Positions 20,355 through 29,057 of a DNA stretch of 57,729 nucleotides are shown here, one piece after another. Where the stretch lies: the NCBI GenBank assembly GCA_025935995.1, contig JAICUF010000004.1:1-57729 (forward strand), read 5' to 3'. Position 1 is the stretch's first letter; every line of letters begins with the position of its first letter. The notes under the pieces are model-generated. The model had not been told where the DNA came from and made no database searches. It was given only the letters and a program-made list of their open reading frames with translations. Position numbers and translations under genes: made by a program. Origin of the DNA: Gemmatimonadales bacterium. Its GTDB lineage: Bacteria; Gemmatimonadota; Gemmatimonadetes; Gemmatimonadales; GWC2-71-9.

Positions 20355-21479
20355 TCAGGGCAGAGCCGCGCGCGCCTCGGCGAAGGCCGCCGCGTAGTCG
20401 CCGCAGAGGACGCGGTCGAGGCCGCCCGGCCCCGCGACGCAATCCCACAGACCACTGCGGTGCCAGTGACCCGGATCGTCCCAGTCGGGGCGGTCGATGA
20501 TCGGGTAGAGGCACACTCCCTCGAGCGGCACGCCCGCCGCTCTCGCCGCGCGCGCGTCGGCGGCGATCTCCCGGATCCAGGCCGCGCGCCCGCTCCCCAC
20601 GTGGCTGGTCTCGCCGATCACGATCGGCCGGTTGTAGCGGTGAAAGAGATCGATCAGCAGGCGGCTCAGCGGCTGCCAGCGGTCGTCGCGCGGCGAGTCA
20701 TCCCAGCGCAGCCGCCGCTCGGGATGCTCCCACTCGTTGGTGTGGTAGAAGTTGGCGCCGACGATGTCGAGGAAGCGCGGGTGGCCGCCGAGCTCCGGCC
20801 GGAATCCCCCCGCGAGCATGTCCCACGCCTCGAACTGCGCCTCGCGGCGGTCCGCCGCGGTCCGCGCGAGATCGGGGCGGTCGCGCGGGGGCACGACGTG
20901 GATCAGCGGGTCGGCGTGAACGAACCGCGCCCGGGCGTCGACGTCGCGGATCGCCTCCATGCCGGCGATCGCCGCGCGGACGAGCTGTTCCTTCACGCGG
21001 CCGCCCGCCCCGCGCGCGTGGGGATAGATGTACCCCGCCTCGCCGGCCGCCCAGGCGAAGAAGGAGATTTCGTTGATCGGCGAGTAGACCGGCACCTCAT
21101 CGCCCAGGTCGGCGATGAGGCGCGCCACCGCGGCGCTGTAGCGCCGGAAGCGCTCCACGAAGGCGGGGGCGAACAGGTTCACGTCGTCGGGCCACCCGTA
21201 GTGGCACAGGTTCCACACGACCTGCACGCCGGCTTCGCGCGCGGCGCGCGCCACCGGCAGCGCGGAGCTGAAGTCGTAGCCTCCGCCGCGATCGATCAGG
21301 TGCCAGCGCATCCCTTCGCGCACCGTCTCGATCCCGACCGACTTCACCAGCGAGAAATCCTCCGCCGCCCGCGCGTCGTGCTCGGTCGCGCAGATCATGT
21401 CGAGGCGGCGGGCCGCGCCGTTGATGTGGCAGGCCGACTCGAAGCCGCCCCACCAGAACGACCGGAACAGCCCGCTCAC
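20355..21479 (-). CDS. GH1-like beta-glycosidase
   Basis: FWWGGFESAC, LCHYGWP, PINE (acid/base), GANFY, GETS (nucleophile); GTGA overlap with the upstream gene. Confidence 0.8.
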   Translation of the reverse strand: MSGLFRSFWWGGFESACHINGAARRLDMICATEHDARAAEDFSLVKSVGIETVREGMRWHLIDRGGGYDFSSALPVARAAREAGVQVVWNLCHYGWPDDVNLFAPAFVERFRRYSAAVARLIADLGDEVPVYSPINEISFFAWAAGEAGYIYPHARGAGGRVKEQLVRAAIAGMEAIRDVDARARFVHADPLIHVVPPRDRPDLARTAADRREAQFEAWDMLAGGFRPELGGHPRFLDIVGANFYHTNEWEHPERRLRWDDSPRDDRWQPLSRLLIDLFHRYNRPIVIGETSHVGSGRAAWIREIAADARAARAAGVPLEGVCLYPIIDRPDWDDPGHWHRSGLWDCVAGPGGLDRVLCGDYAAAFAEARAALP

Positions 21480-22741
21480 CCCGCCTCCGGCGTCGCGAGG
21501 CTCCCCACCGCGCTTTCGGGATCGGCCACGTAGCTCCGGAACTGCTCCACCAGCGGCGTGGGCGACCACCGCGGTCCGGCGCCGAGGGTGTAGAGCCCGA
21601 GCTCCAGGCGATACTCCTCCACGGGGCCGCGGCCGAATCGGTAGCGCCAGTCTACCATCGTGAAGAGCGGGAACCAGGTGTACCCGACCACCGGCACCCC
21701 GCGGGAGCGCAGCTCGCGAATCGCCGCCACCGAGGCCTCGAGCCAGCGGGCGCGCACTTCTTCCGGTCCGCGCGCGCTGGTTTCAGTCACGATGATCGGC
21801 GTGCCGTAGCGCCGGTAGTAGGCCTCGATCAGCGCGACGAAGCCGGAGCCGTCCTGCTCGACGGGCCGGTACGCGAGACGTCCCCGCCGGTCGATGTAGA
21901 GCTGCGTGGTGGACCACTGCGGATAGAAGTTGAGGCCCATCAGGTCGAGCGGGATGCCCGCCGCGGCGATGTCCGCGAGCTCGTCGGGCGAGGCACCGCT
22001 CCGGATCAGCCAGGGGAAGAGCGGATGGTCGGGGCTCACGCGTCCCGCCAGGAGGTCCCACGGCAGGAAGCTCCGATCCTGCTCCTCGGCGGCGACGGCG
22101 GCGAGATCCTCGCGGGCGGTGCGGCTGAGCCCGCTCGCGTCGACGTGCACCAGCGTGCACGCGGGATCCACGGCGCGGAGCGTCTCGCAGGTCCGCTCGA
22201 TGCCGCGGATGACCTGGAGCAGGATCCGTGTGTAACCGGTGTCGCCGCGCAGGTAGGGCGGCCAGACGCCGCGCTTGCCGCAGAAGAGCGCGGTGACGAT
22301 CGGCTCGTTGAGCGGGGTGTACCAGCGGACGAGGCCGCGATACCGCGTCGCGAAGGCGCCGACGTAGCCGGCCACCGCCTCGGGGTACTGCGCACTCGCG
22401 AACTCGCGGCGGAGCCAGAAGGGGCAGCCGTAGTGCATGAGGTCGATGATGGGGTTGAGCCCCAGCTCCTCGACCATGTAGGGGATCACGGCGTCGGTCC
22501 AGCGCCAGTCGAACTCTCCCTCGAGCGGCTCGACGCGGTACCAGGGGATCCCCCACCGGATGGTGCCGACGCCCAGCTCGCGCGCCAGCGCGAGATCCTC
22601 GCGCCAGTGCTCGTAGTGGCCCATGAGCTGGTATTCGTCGAGGGCGCGATGCCCCGGGCGGGTCTGGGGGACGAAGGTATCCTCGATCCCGGTGGCCCAG
22701 AGGAAATCCTCCGGCCGCCGCCGGAGCAGCGCGTCCGACAC
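21476..22741 (-). CDS. glycoside hydrolase family 1-like
   Basis: FLWATGIE, HWREDL, RWGIPW, DLMHYG, TPLNEP, GLNFY, VTETS; GTG start inferred. Confidence 0.85.
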   Translation of the reverse strand: MSDALLRRRPEDFLWATGIEDTFVPQTRPGHRALDEYQLMGHYEHWREDLALARELGVGTIRWGIPWYRVEPLEGEFDWRWTDAVIPYMVEELGLNPIIDLMHYGCPFWLRREFASAQYPEAVAGYVGAFATRYRGLVRWYTPLNEPIVTALFCGKRGVWPPYLRGDTGYTRILLQVIRGIERTCETLRAVDPACTLVHVDASGLSRTAREDLAAVAAEEQDRSFLPWDLLAGRVSPDHPLFPWLIRSGASPDELADIAAAGIPLDLMGLNFYPQWSTTQLYIDRRGRLAYRPVEQDGSGFVALIEAYYRRYGTPIIVTETSARGPEEVRARWLEASVAAIRELRSRGVPVVGYTWFPLFTMVDWRYRFGRGPVEEYRLELGLYTLGAGPRWSPTPLVEQFRSYVADPESAVGSLATPEAG

Positions 22742-22746
22742 GGTGC

Positions 22747-24285
22747 CTAGCGCCCGCCGGCCGCGGCGGGACGCACGTCCTCGGCCGCCTTCTTTCCTGC
22801 GAGGAAGGCGTGATCGGAGTTGTAGTACTCCCATTCCGCGTACCGGCCGGCCAGCACGATGTCGTGGTCGGTCAGCCACTCGCGGATGAGCTTCACGTTC
22901 TTCGCGCGATCGTGGTCGTAGACGACGTACGCGACCGGCATGTCCACCTGATTCGCGCACCAGATCGGATCGCTCGCCCGGAAGATGCCGACCCGGATGC
23001 AGTCCTCCACGCAGCGGCGGATGAGCTCGTCGCCGTGCGCCGGAAGCGGCTTGGCATCGGAATAGGTGATCTCGCAGGTGAGGCCGAATCCGCCGGGCGC
23101 ATTGCAGTAGGGGCTCGCGTTGCCCTGCACGAAGATCCGGTGGAAGACGGTGTCTTCGGGGTAGTAGATCCAGTGCTTCTCGGTCAGGTTCTCGCGCCCG
23201 ACGCCGATGTTGACGCACCGCACGGAAACGTGGCGCAGGGCGGCGGCCGCGGCGCGGATCCGGGCCGGGGCGTCGCTTCCGATCGTGGCCACGAGCTGCG
23301 GCAGCGGCATCGTGCTGACGAGCTGCTCGTAGTGCAGGACCGTGCCGTCCGCGAGCGTGGCCGTGTGCGCGGCGGGGGAGATCTCCGTGACCTCGCTGTC
23401 GAGGCGGAGCTGGCCCTTGAGCAGCGGCAGGAAGCCGTTCATGAGCGCCTGGAAGCCGCCCCGCAGCGGATAGCCGAAGCGGGCGTTCGGTCCCATCGGC
23501 CGGCCGACGGGGTGCAGCGCTCCGGAGATCATCTCCTCGAGATCGGGGAGCGGCACCCGGCCGCCCAGCCACGACGTCTCCATTTCCGCCAGCGGGACCG
23601 CCCACAGCTTGCGATTGTAGGGAATCGCGAAGTGCTTCGCGATTCCCGTCCCCCACACCTTGTAGATGAACTCCTCGAAGTTGCGGGGCGGACCCTTGTA
23701 CGGCACGGCACGCCGCCGCTCGATGCCGTTGTAGCTGCTCCGGCGCACTCCGGCAGCCGGTTTTCCCTCGGCAGCGCCGTTGTGCATGAGCGGCTCGAAC
23801 ATCCCGCGGCGGTCGGGGCCGGTGTAATCCACTCCCGTTCCCGCCGGCGCCTCGGGCGGCACCTTGGCGGTGAGCGGGCCGAAGCGCGCCTCGATCGCCC
23901 CCACGATGCACTCCTTGATCACATCCGGCGGAAGGCCGTACAGCGCGCCCTGAAAGGGATAGCGGGTGTAGACCTGCTTGCTGTAGATCCAGGCCTCGCG
24001 ATCCTGCCAGTGCACGTTGTCCCCCAGCAGCAGCTGGTAGAGCTGGTGCACGTAGGGATCGTTCGAGAACATGATGTGACCGGCGTAGTCGAAGGTGAAG
24101 CCGTGGTCCTCGATCGAGCGGCACCAGCCGCCGACGGTCCGGCCCCGCTCGACCAGAAGCGCATCGCGGCCAAGATGGTAGGCGGCGCTCAGGCCCGTGG
24201 GGCCGCCACCGATCACGATCACGGGTGGCGCGGCCGGCGGGACGAGCCGCGCCGGCGTCACGCGGCGCACCTGGCGTTCGCTCAT
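22747..24285 (-). CDS. FAD-dependent oxidoreductase, UDP-galactopyranose mutase (fungal-type)-like
   Basis: GGGPTG Rossmann motif, FDYAGHIMFS, YPFQ, GTGIA..F..PYNRKLWA, WLGGRV, GPNARF, YYPED, GRYAEWEY.NSDH; TGATG overlap with the GT. Confidence 0.75.
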   Translation of the reverse strand: MSERQVRRVTPARLVPPAAPPVIVIGGGPTGLSAAYHLGRDALLVERGRTVGGWCRSIEDHGFTFDYAGHIMFSNDPYVHQLYQLLLGDNVHWQDREAWIYSKQVYTRYPFQGALYGLPPDVIKECIVGAIEARFGPLTAKVPPEAPAGTGVDYTGPDRRGMFEPLMHNGAAEGKPAAGVRRSSYNGIERRRAVPYKGPPRNFEEFIYKVWGTGIAKHFAIPYNRKLWAVPLAEMETSWLGGRVPLPDLEEMISGALHPVGRPMGPNARFGYPLRGGFQALMNGFLPLLKGQLRLDSEVTEISPAAHTATLADGTVLHYEQLVSTMPLPQLVATIGSDAPARIRAAAAALRHVSVRCVNIGVGRENLTEKHWIYYPEDTVFHRIFVQGNASPYCNAPGGFGLTCEITYSDAKPLPAHGDELIRRCVEDCIRVGIFRASDPIWCANQVDMPVAYVVYDHDRAKNVKLIREWLTDHDIVLAGRYAEWEYYNSDHAFLAGKKAAEDVRPAAAGGR

Positions 24286-25430
24286 CAGCCGGTCCTCGCC
24301 GCGGGCCGAAGCCGTCCGCCGATCGCCTCGCCGATCAGCCGGTCCATGTCGGCGGCGGTACGATCCCACGAGGTGCGTTCGAGCACCCGCCGCATGAGGA
24401 GCGCGCGCCGTTCCCGCTCGTCCCGCCCGCTCGCCAGCGCCGTCTCACAGGCGTGCACGAACTCGTCGGGGGAGGCGCCGAAGTAGACGATGTCCCGATA
24501 CGGTCCCGCGACATCGCGGATGGGCGTGCTCACGATCGGCCGCTCGGCCACCATGTACTCGAGGGTCTTGGTCGGGCTGATGAAACGGGTCGCGTCGTTC
24601 TGCGCGAAGGGAAGCAGCGACACGTCCCACCCCGCCAGGTACGCCGGAAGCTCCGCGTAGGTCCGCTGGCCGGTGTAGAGAATGTTGGGGTGACGGGGCA
24701 GGGCCGCGGGATCGATCTTGACGACCGGACCCACCATCACGATCCGCCACTCGGGGTGCGCCGTCGCGAGCCGGTCGAGGATCTCGCGGTCGAGCCTCTC
24801 GTCGATCACGCCGTAGAATCCGAGCCGCGGATGCGGCAGGGATGCCTGATCGGACGGCTCGGGGATCAGCCCGGTGAGCGCCTGATGGAAATGCGCCGCG
24901 TCCACGCTGCTCGGGAAGCAGTGGACGTTCGGGTGCCGGCCGCGCCGCGCTTCGTACAGGCTCGGGCCGCCGGTGAAGACGACGTCCGCGCGGTCCATCA
25001 GCTCGCGCTCGCGCGGCAGCAGCTCGGGCGGCGCGCCGAGGAACAGCGAGAGCTCGTCCATGCAGTCGTAGACGAGGGCGGCCGGCGCGAACGCCTGCGC
25101 GAGCGGCAGCGCCATCGGCGTGTAGAACCAGGCCACGGTTGGCCCCGACGCTTCCCGCCGCACCAGATCCGCCACCATCGGTTCGAGCAGCTCGAGCTGG
25201 CGTGCGCTGAAGCCGGTCTCCGCCACCGGCGTGCGGGGGCGGCAGACCAGCACGCCCGCGGCGGGCCTGCTGCATTCCCAGAAGCTGCGCGCCGAGTCGG
25301 TCGCGACCGGCTCCTCGATGAAGAGCACCGGATGCCGCGCGGCGAGCCGGGACAGCAGGTGCTGCGGGCGCTGGAGGACGAAATCCCAGCGGAGGTGGGA
25401 AAACACGACGAGGGTGTAGTCCAGCTGCAT
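24285..25430 (-). CDS. glycosyltransferase, GT-B fold (GT4-like)
   Basis: FSHLRWDFVLQRPQHL, YDCMDEL, FPSSVD, GFYGVIDER, FISPTKTLEY; AGGAG SD. Confidence 0.88.
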   Translation of the reverse strand: MQLDYTLVVFSHLRWDFVLQRPQHLLSRLAARHPVLFIEEPVATDSARSFWECSRPAAGVLVCRPRTPVAETGFSARQLELLEPMVADLVRREASGPTVAWFYTPMALPLAQAFAPAALVYDCMDELSLFLGAPPELLPRERELMDRADVVFTGGPSLYEARRGRHPNVHCFPSSVDAAHFHQALTGLIPEPSDQASLPHPRLGFYGVIDERLDREILDRLATAHPEWRIVMVGPVVKIDPAALPRHPNILYTGQRTYAELPAYLAGWDVSLLPFAQNDATRFISPTKTLEYMVAERPIVSTPIRDVAGPYRDIVYFGASPDEFVHACETALASGRDERERRALLMRRVLERTSWDRTAADMDRLIGEAIGGRLRPAARTG

Positions 25431-25460
25431 GCCAGGACTCCTGGACGGCAAGATGCGCGC

Positions 25461-25532
25461 GCTGACGGGTGTCACGGTACCGGCGCCCCAATCTGCGCCG
25501 ACGGAGCGTGCATTTATGTGAGGCGCGTCACG
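25461..25532. promoter_or_regulatory. two CRP/FNR-family-like boxes in the divergent promoter region
   Basis: TGTGA-ggcgcg-TCACG (25517-25532, with ATTTA/TAAAT flanks) and GCTGA-cgggtg-TCACG (25461-25476). Confidence 0.5.
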
Positions 25533-25589
25533 GGTAAATCCGCGCGCAAGCGGCACCTTGCAGTTCCTGACGCGACACGGAGCAAGCGC

Positions 25590-26282
25590 ATGGCAGTCGA
25601 ACGGAATCGGCCGCGGGTCGTCGTCGCCCTGTTTCACGACCGCGACGCGGCGGAAAACGCGATCCGCGCCCTGCAGGCGGCGGGATTCAGCCGTGAAGGG
25701 ATCGGCGTGGCGGTCCGCGACCGGAGCGCCGAGGGCGCCCTGATCGGCGACGGCGAGTCCCGCGCGGCGGAGGGAGCGGCCACGGGCGCCCTGAGCGGCG
25801 GTGTGCTCGGCGGCATCGTCGGTCTGCTGGTGGGCGTGGGCGCACTCGCGATTCCCGGTATCGGGCCGGTCATCGCAGGGGGAGCGCTCGCCACGGCGCT
25901 CGGCATCGCCGGCGGCACCGCGGTGGCCGGCGCGGGCATCGGCGCCGCGACCGGCGGGGTGCTCGGCGCGCTCGTCGGCCTCGGGATTCCCGACGCGGAG
26001 GCGCGGCATTTCGAGCGCGGCTTCCGCGAGGGAGGCACCCTCGTCACCCTCGAGGCGGGTGCGCGGGACGACGAGGCGCGGCGGATCCTGCGGCGGTTCG
26101 GCGGGGACCTCGGCACGGCCACGGTGGGTGAGCCGTCGCCCGTCGTCATGGCGGCCCCGGTCCCGAGTTACAGCACGACGAGCGGCGCGATGACGGGCGG
26201 CGCGCTTCCGCCGCCCGCGGAATGGGGCGGCATCGAGCGGCGGGACCTGGCGGCGCGCGGCCGGCGCCGGACCGATCGCTGA
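25590..26282 (+). CDS. general stress protein (YflT/17M-like with glycine zipper)
   Basis: VVALF..RDAAENAIRALQAAGF, GxxxG-rich hairpin, IPGIGPVIAGG, GIPDAEARHFE; GGAG SD. Confidence 0.8.
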   Translation: MAVERNRPRVVVALFHDRDAAENAIRALQAAGFSREGIGVAVRDRSAEGALIGDGESRAAEGAATGALSGGVLGGIVGLLVGVGALAIPGIGPVIAGGALATALGIAGGTAVAGAGIGAATGGVLGALVGLGIPDAEARHFERGFREGGTLVTLEAGARDDEARRILRRFGGDLGTATVGEPSPVVMAAPVPSYSTTSGAMTGGALPPPAEWGGIERRDLAARGRRRTDR

Positions 26283-26290
26283 GCGCCGCC

Positions 26291-27157
26291 ATGGGACGCA
26301 ACACATTTCTGGCGGGCGTCGTCGCCGGGGCCGGCGCGATGTACCTCATGGACCCCGAGCATGGCATGGAGCGGCGCCGCCGGCTCCGCATCCGCCTGGA
26401 GCGGATCCGCGGCGGGCTCGAGAGCGGCGCGCTGCCGGATCTGCGCTCGCTCGGACGCGGTGACGCGCCGGCGCGGCTGCGCGCCGCGGACGATCCGGAG
26501 CTGGACGTCGCCGATCTCCGCTCCGGCGGCCTCGATCTCGGGCGTCTCCGCGCGACGAGCGCGCTCGTGGGCGTCGCCGGCGGCGCGCTCGCGGCCTACG
26601 GGTTCACACGGCGGGGACGGCTGGGCGGGGCCATGCGCGCCCTGGGCACCACGATGCTCGCCTCCGGGCTCCGCGATCTGGAGGGCGGGACACACGGCAT
26701 GCTGCGCGAGCGCCGGCGCACGCTGCAGGCACGCCGGTCGATCCACATCGCGGCCGATCCGGAAGCCGTCTTCGGCTTCTGGAGCGATGCCGCCAACGCC
26801 CCGCGCTTCCTGGCGGGTGTGACGGCCGTCCGTGATCTGGGCGAGGGGCGCAGCCAATGGACGGCGGCGAGTGCCGCGGGCGTGCCGGTGAGCTGGACTG
26901 CGCGGGTCGTCGAGCAGCTGCCGGGCCGCCTGCTCGCCTGGCGCAGCGACCCGAACGGCGCGGGCGAGCAGACGGCCACCTTCCGTTTCACGCCGGCCGG
27001 CCGCGGCACGCGGGTGGACGCCCGCGTCACCTACACGCCGCCGCCGGACCAGAGCGACAAGGCCGCCGCCGCGGTCTTCGGCGACGACCCATCCGCCCGT
27101 CTGAGCGCCGAGCTCGAGCGCGCCAGGACGGCGATCGAATCCGATGGAGGACGATGA
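26291..27157 (+). CDS. SRPBCC (cyclase/dehydrase) family protein with N-terminal YtxH-like segment
   Basis: GAGAMYLMDP..G.ERRR N-terminus; VFGFWSD..NAPRF, SQW, LLAWRS, FRFTP, YTPP. Confidence 0.78.
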   Translation: MGRNTFLAGVVAGAGAMYLMDPEHGMERRRRLRIRLERIRGGLESGALPDLRSLGRGDAPARLRAADDPELDVADLRSGGLDLGRLRATSALVGVAGGALAAYGFTRRGRLGGAMRALGTTMLASGLRDLEGGTHGMLRERRRTLQARRSIHIAADPEAVFGFWSDAANAPRFLAGVTAVRDLGEGRSQWTAASAAGVPVSWTARVVEQLPGRLLAWRSDPNGAGEQTATFRFTPAGRGTRVDARVTYTPPPDQSDKAAAAVFGDDPSARLSAELERARTAIESDGGR

Positions 27158-27159
27158 TC

Positions 27160-27420
27160 ATGGCCCGCAATCTCGGGAAGACCTTTGCCACGATGGATGA
27201 GGACGACCGCAATCGCCTGGCGGGCGCGGGCGGCGAGCAGGACGAGGGCGGCGCGCTCGCCTTCGACGATCCGCGCGATCCCGATCGCATGGGCCGGCAC
27301 TACGCCGCCCCCGCCGACGAGACCGCCAATCCCGAGGCCCGCGACGGTACCGCGGCCGACCTCGATGATGCCGCACACGATCGCGCGGTCAGCCGTCGCC
27401 GCGCTCAACGGAAGAAGTGA
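27160..27420 (+). CDS. small acidic hydrophilic protein with a degenerate KGG stress motif
   Basis: GGAGG SD; KTFATMDEDDRNRLAGAGG; fills the gap in the operon; alternative ATG 27154. Confidence 0.6.
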   Translation: MARNLGKTFATMDEDDRNRLAGAGGEQDEGGALAFDDPRDPDRMGRHYAAPADETANPEARDGTAADLDDAAHDRAVSRRRAQRKK

Positions 27421-27431
27421 GGAGCACTGCC

Positions 27432-28136
27432 ATGGCGTCACGCACGATACTCTCGTCCGGGGTGAACGTCGGGCGCACCGAGCGGATCGCGTCCGGCGTC
27501 GCCGGCGCCGCGCTGGTCGCGCTCGGCCTGCGCCGCCGCGGGCTGCGTCCCTTCCTCGTGCCGCTCGGCGCGGGGCTCGTGGCGCGCGCGGTCACCGGTC
27601 GCTGCCCGGTCAATCGCGCGCTCGGCCGCAACACGGCGCTCGAGGATGACACCGTGAGTCCGGTCGCGAGCGTCGGCCGGGGCCAGGGAGTCAAGATCGA
27701 AAAGGCGATCACCATCGAGCGCCCGGCGCACGAGCTGTATGCCTTCTGGCGCGATTTCGAGAACCTGCCGCGCTTCATGGAGCACCTGGAGAGCGTCACG
27801 GTCATCGACGCCACCCGGTCGCACTGGATCGCGCGCGCGCCGGTCGGCCAGCGCGTGGAGTGGGACGCGGAGATCCACAACGAGATCCCGGACGAGCTGA
27901 TCGCGTGGCGGTCGCTGCCCGGGTCGGAGATCGCGAACGCCGGCTCGGTGCATTTCACGCCGGCCGGCGACGGGGCGACCGACGTGCGCGTCGTCCTGAG
28001 CTACGAGCCTCCCGCCGGCCGGGTCGGCGACGCGGTGGCGCATCTCTTCGGCGAGGCCCCGGCCCAGCAGGTGCAGGACGATCTCCGGCGGTTCAAGCAG
28101 GTCATGGAGGCGGGGGAGGTGCCGCTCCGCACCTAG
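27432..28136 (+). CDS. SRPBCC family protein with N-terminal DUF2892-like membrane segment
   Basis: NVG..ERIAS, TGRCP, FWRDFENLPRFM.HL, SHW, WDAEI, IAWRS, DLRRFKQVME. Confidence 0.88.
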   Translation: MASRTILSSGVNVGRTERIASGVAGAALVALGLRRRGLRPFLVPLGAGLVARAVTGRCPVNRALGRNTALEDDTVSPVASVGRGQGVKIEKAITIERPAHELYAFWRDFENLPRFMEHLESVTVIDATRSHWIARAPVGQRVEWDAEIHNEIPDELIAWRSLPGSEIANAGSVHFTPAGDGATDVRVVLSYEPPAGRVGDAVAHLFGEAPAQQVQDDLRRFKQVMEAGEVPLRT

Positions 28137-28145
28137 CGGCTGCCG

Positions 28146-29057
28146 ATGGCCTGGGACTGCATCATCGTCGGCGGCGGCCCGGCGGGGCTCAGTGCGGCGC
28201 TCACGCTGGGCCGCGCGCGGCGCCGGATACTGGTGATCGACTGCGGAACGCCGCGAAACCACCCGTCGCTCGCGATGCACGGCTATCTCACGCGGGACGG
28301 CATCCCGCCGGCCGACTTTCTCCGGATCGCCCGCGAGGAGCTCGCGCCGTACGACAGCATCGAGTGGCGGGATGACGAAGCCGTCGGCGCGGAGCGCAGC
28401 GCCGGCGGCTTTCGCGTGCTCGCGGGCGGAGAATGGCTCGAGAGCCGCACGCTCCTCCTGGCGACCGGCGTCGTGGATGACGTGCCCGTGCTCGACGGGA
28501 TCCAGCGCTTCTACGGCCGGACCGTCCATCACTGCCCGTACTGCGACGGCTGGGAGCACCGTGACAGTCCCATCGCGGTCTACGGCTGCACCGAAGCCGC
28601 GGCGCGCTACGCGCTCGCGATGAAGGTGTGGAGCGAGGATGTCGTGCTCTGCACCGACGGGTATCCCGGGATGGCGCCCGAGCTCGGGGCCGAGCTCGCG
28701 GCGGGCGGGGTAGCGGTGTATCCCCAGAAGATCGTGCGGCTGGAGGGAGAGGGGGACCGGCTCCGGCGGATCGTGTTCGAGGACGACAGTACGCTTGCCC
28801 GGACGGGGCTCTTCTTCTGCACCGGCCAGCGTCAGCGGAGCGGCCTCGCCGCCGCGCTCGGCTGCCACTTCACCGAGACGGGCGCGGTCGCCACGGGCGA
28901 TGCCGAGGCCACCGACGTCCCCGGCCTCTTCGTCGCGGGGGACGCGTCGCGGGATGCCCAGCTCGTGATCGTCGCCGCCGCCGAAGGCGCCGTCGCCGCC
29001 GTGGCCATCAACACCCTCCTCGGCCGTCGCGTCCGCGAGGCCGAGGCCCCCTTCTAG
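28146..29057 (+). CDS. thioredoxin reductase-like NAD(P)/FAD oxidoreductase
   Basis: GGGPAGLSAA, LLATG, HCPYCDGWE, FVAGD. Confidence 0.88.
   Translation: MAWDCIIVGGGPAGLSAALTLGRARRRILVIDCGTPRNHPSLAMHGYLTRDGIPPADFLRIAREELAPYDSIEWRDDEAVGAERSAGGFRVLAGGEWLESRTLLLATGVVDDVPVLDGIQRFYGRTVHHCPYCDGWEHRDSPIAVYGCTEAAARYALAMKVWSEDVVLCTDGYPGMAPELGAELAAGGVAVYPQKIVRLEGEGDRLRRIVFEDDSTLARTGLFFCTGQRQRSGLAAALGCHFTETGAVATGDAEATDVPGLFVAGDASRDAQLVIVAAAEGAVAAVAINTLLGRRVREAEAPF

Noticed and set aside
22747-24285. Call as protoporphyrinogen oxidase HemY or amine oxidase
   Set aside because: Only the FAD-binding motif is shared; internal motifs and the glycosyltransferase context fit a UGM-like enzyme better.
25550-25563. 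CGGCACCTTGCA as a sigma54 promoter
   Set aside because: GG-to-GC spacing is 6 nt, not the required 10.
21476-26306. Long ORF-track versions (882, 673 and 685 aa) suggesting fused proteins
   Set aside because: The N-terminal extensions overlap neighbouring real genes in other frames; SD sites and stop/start overlaps support shorter separate CDSs.
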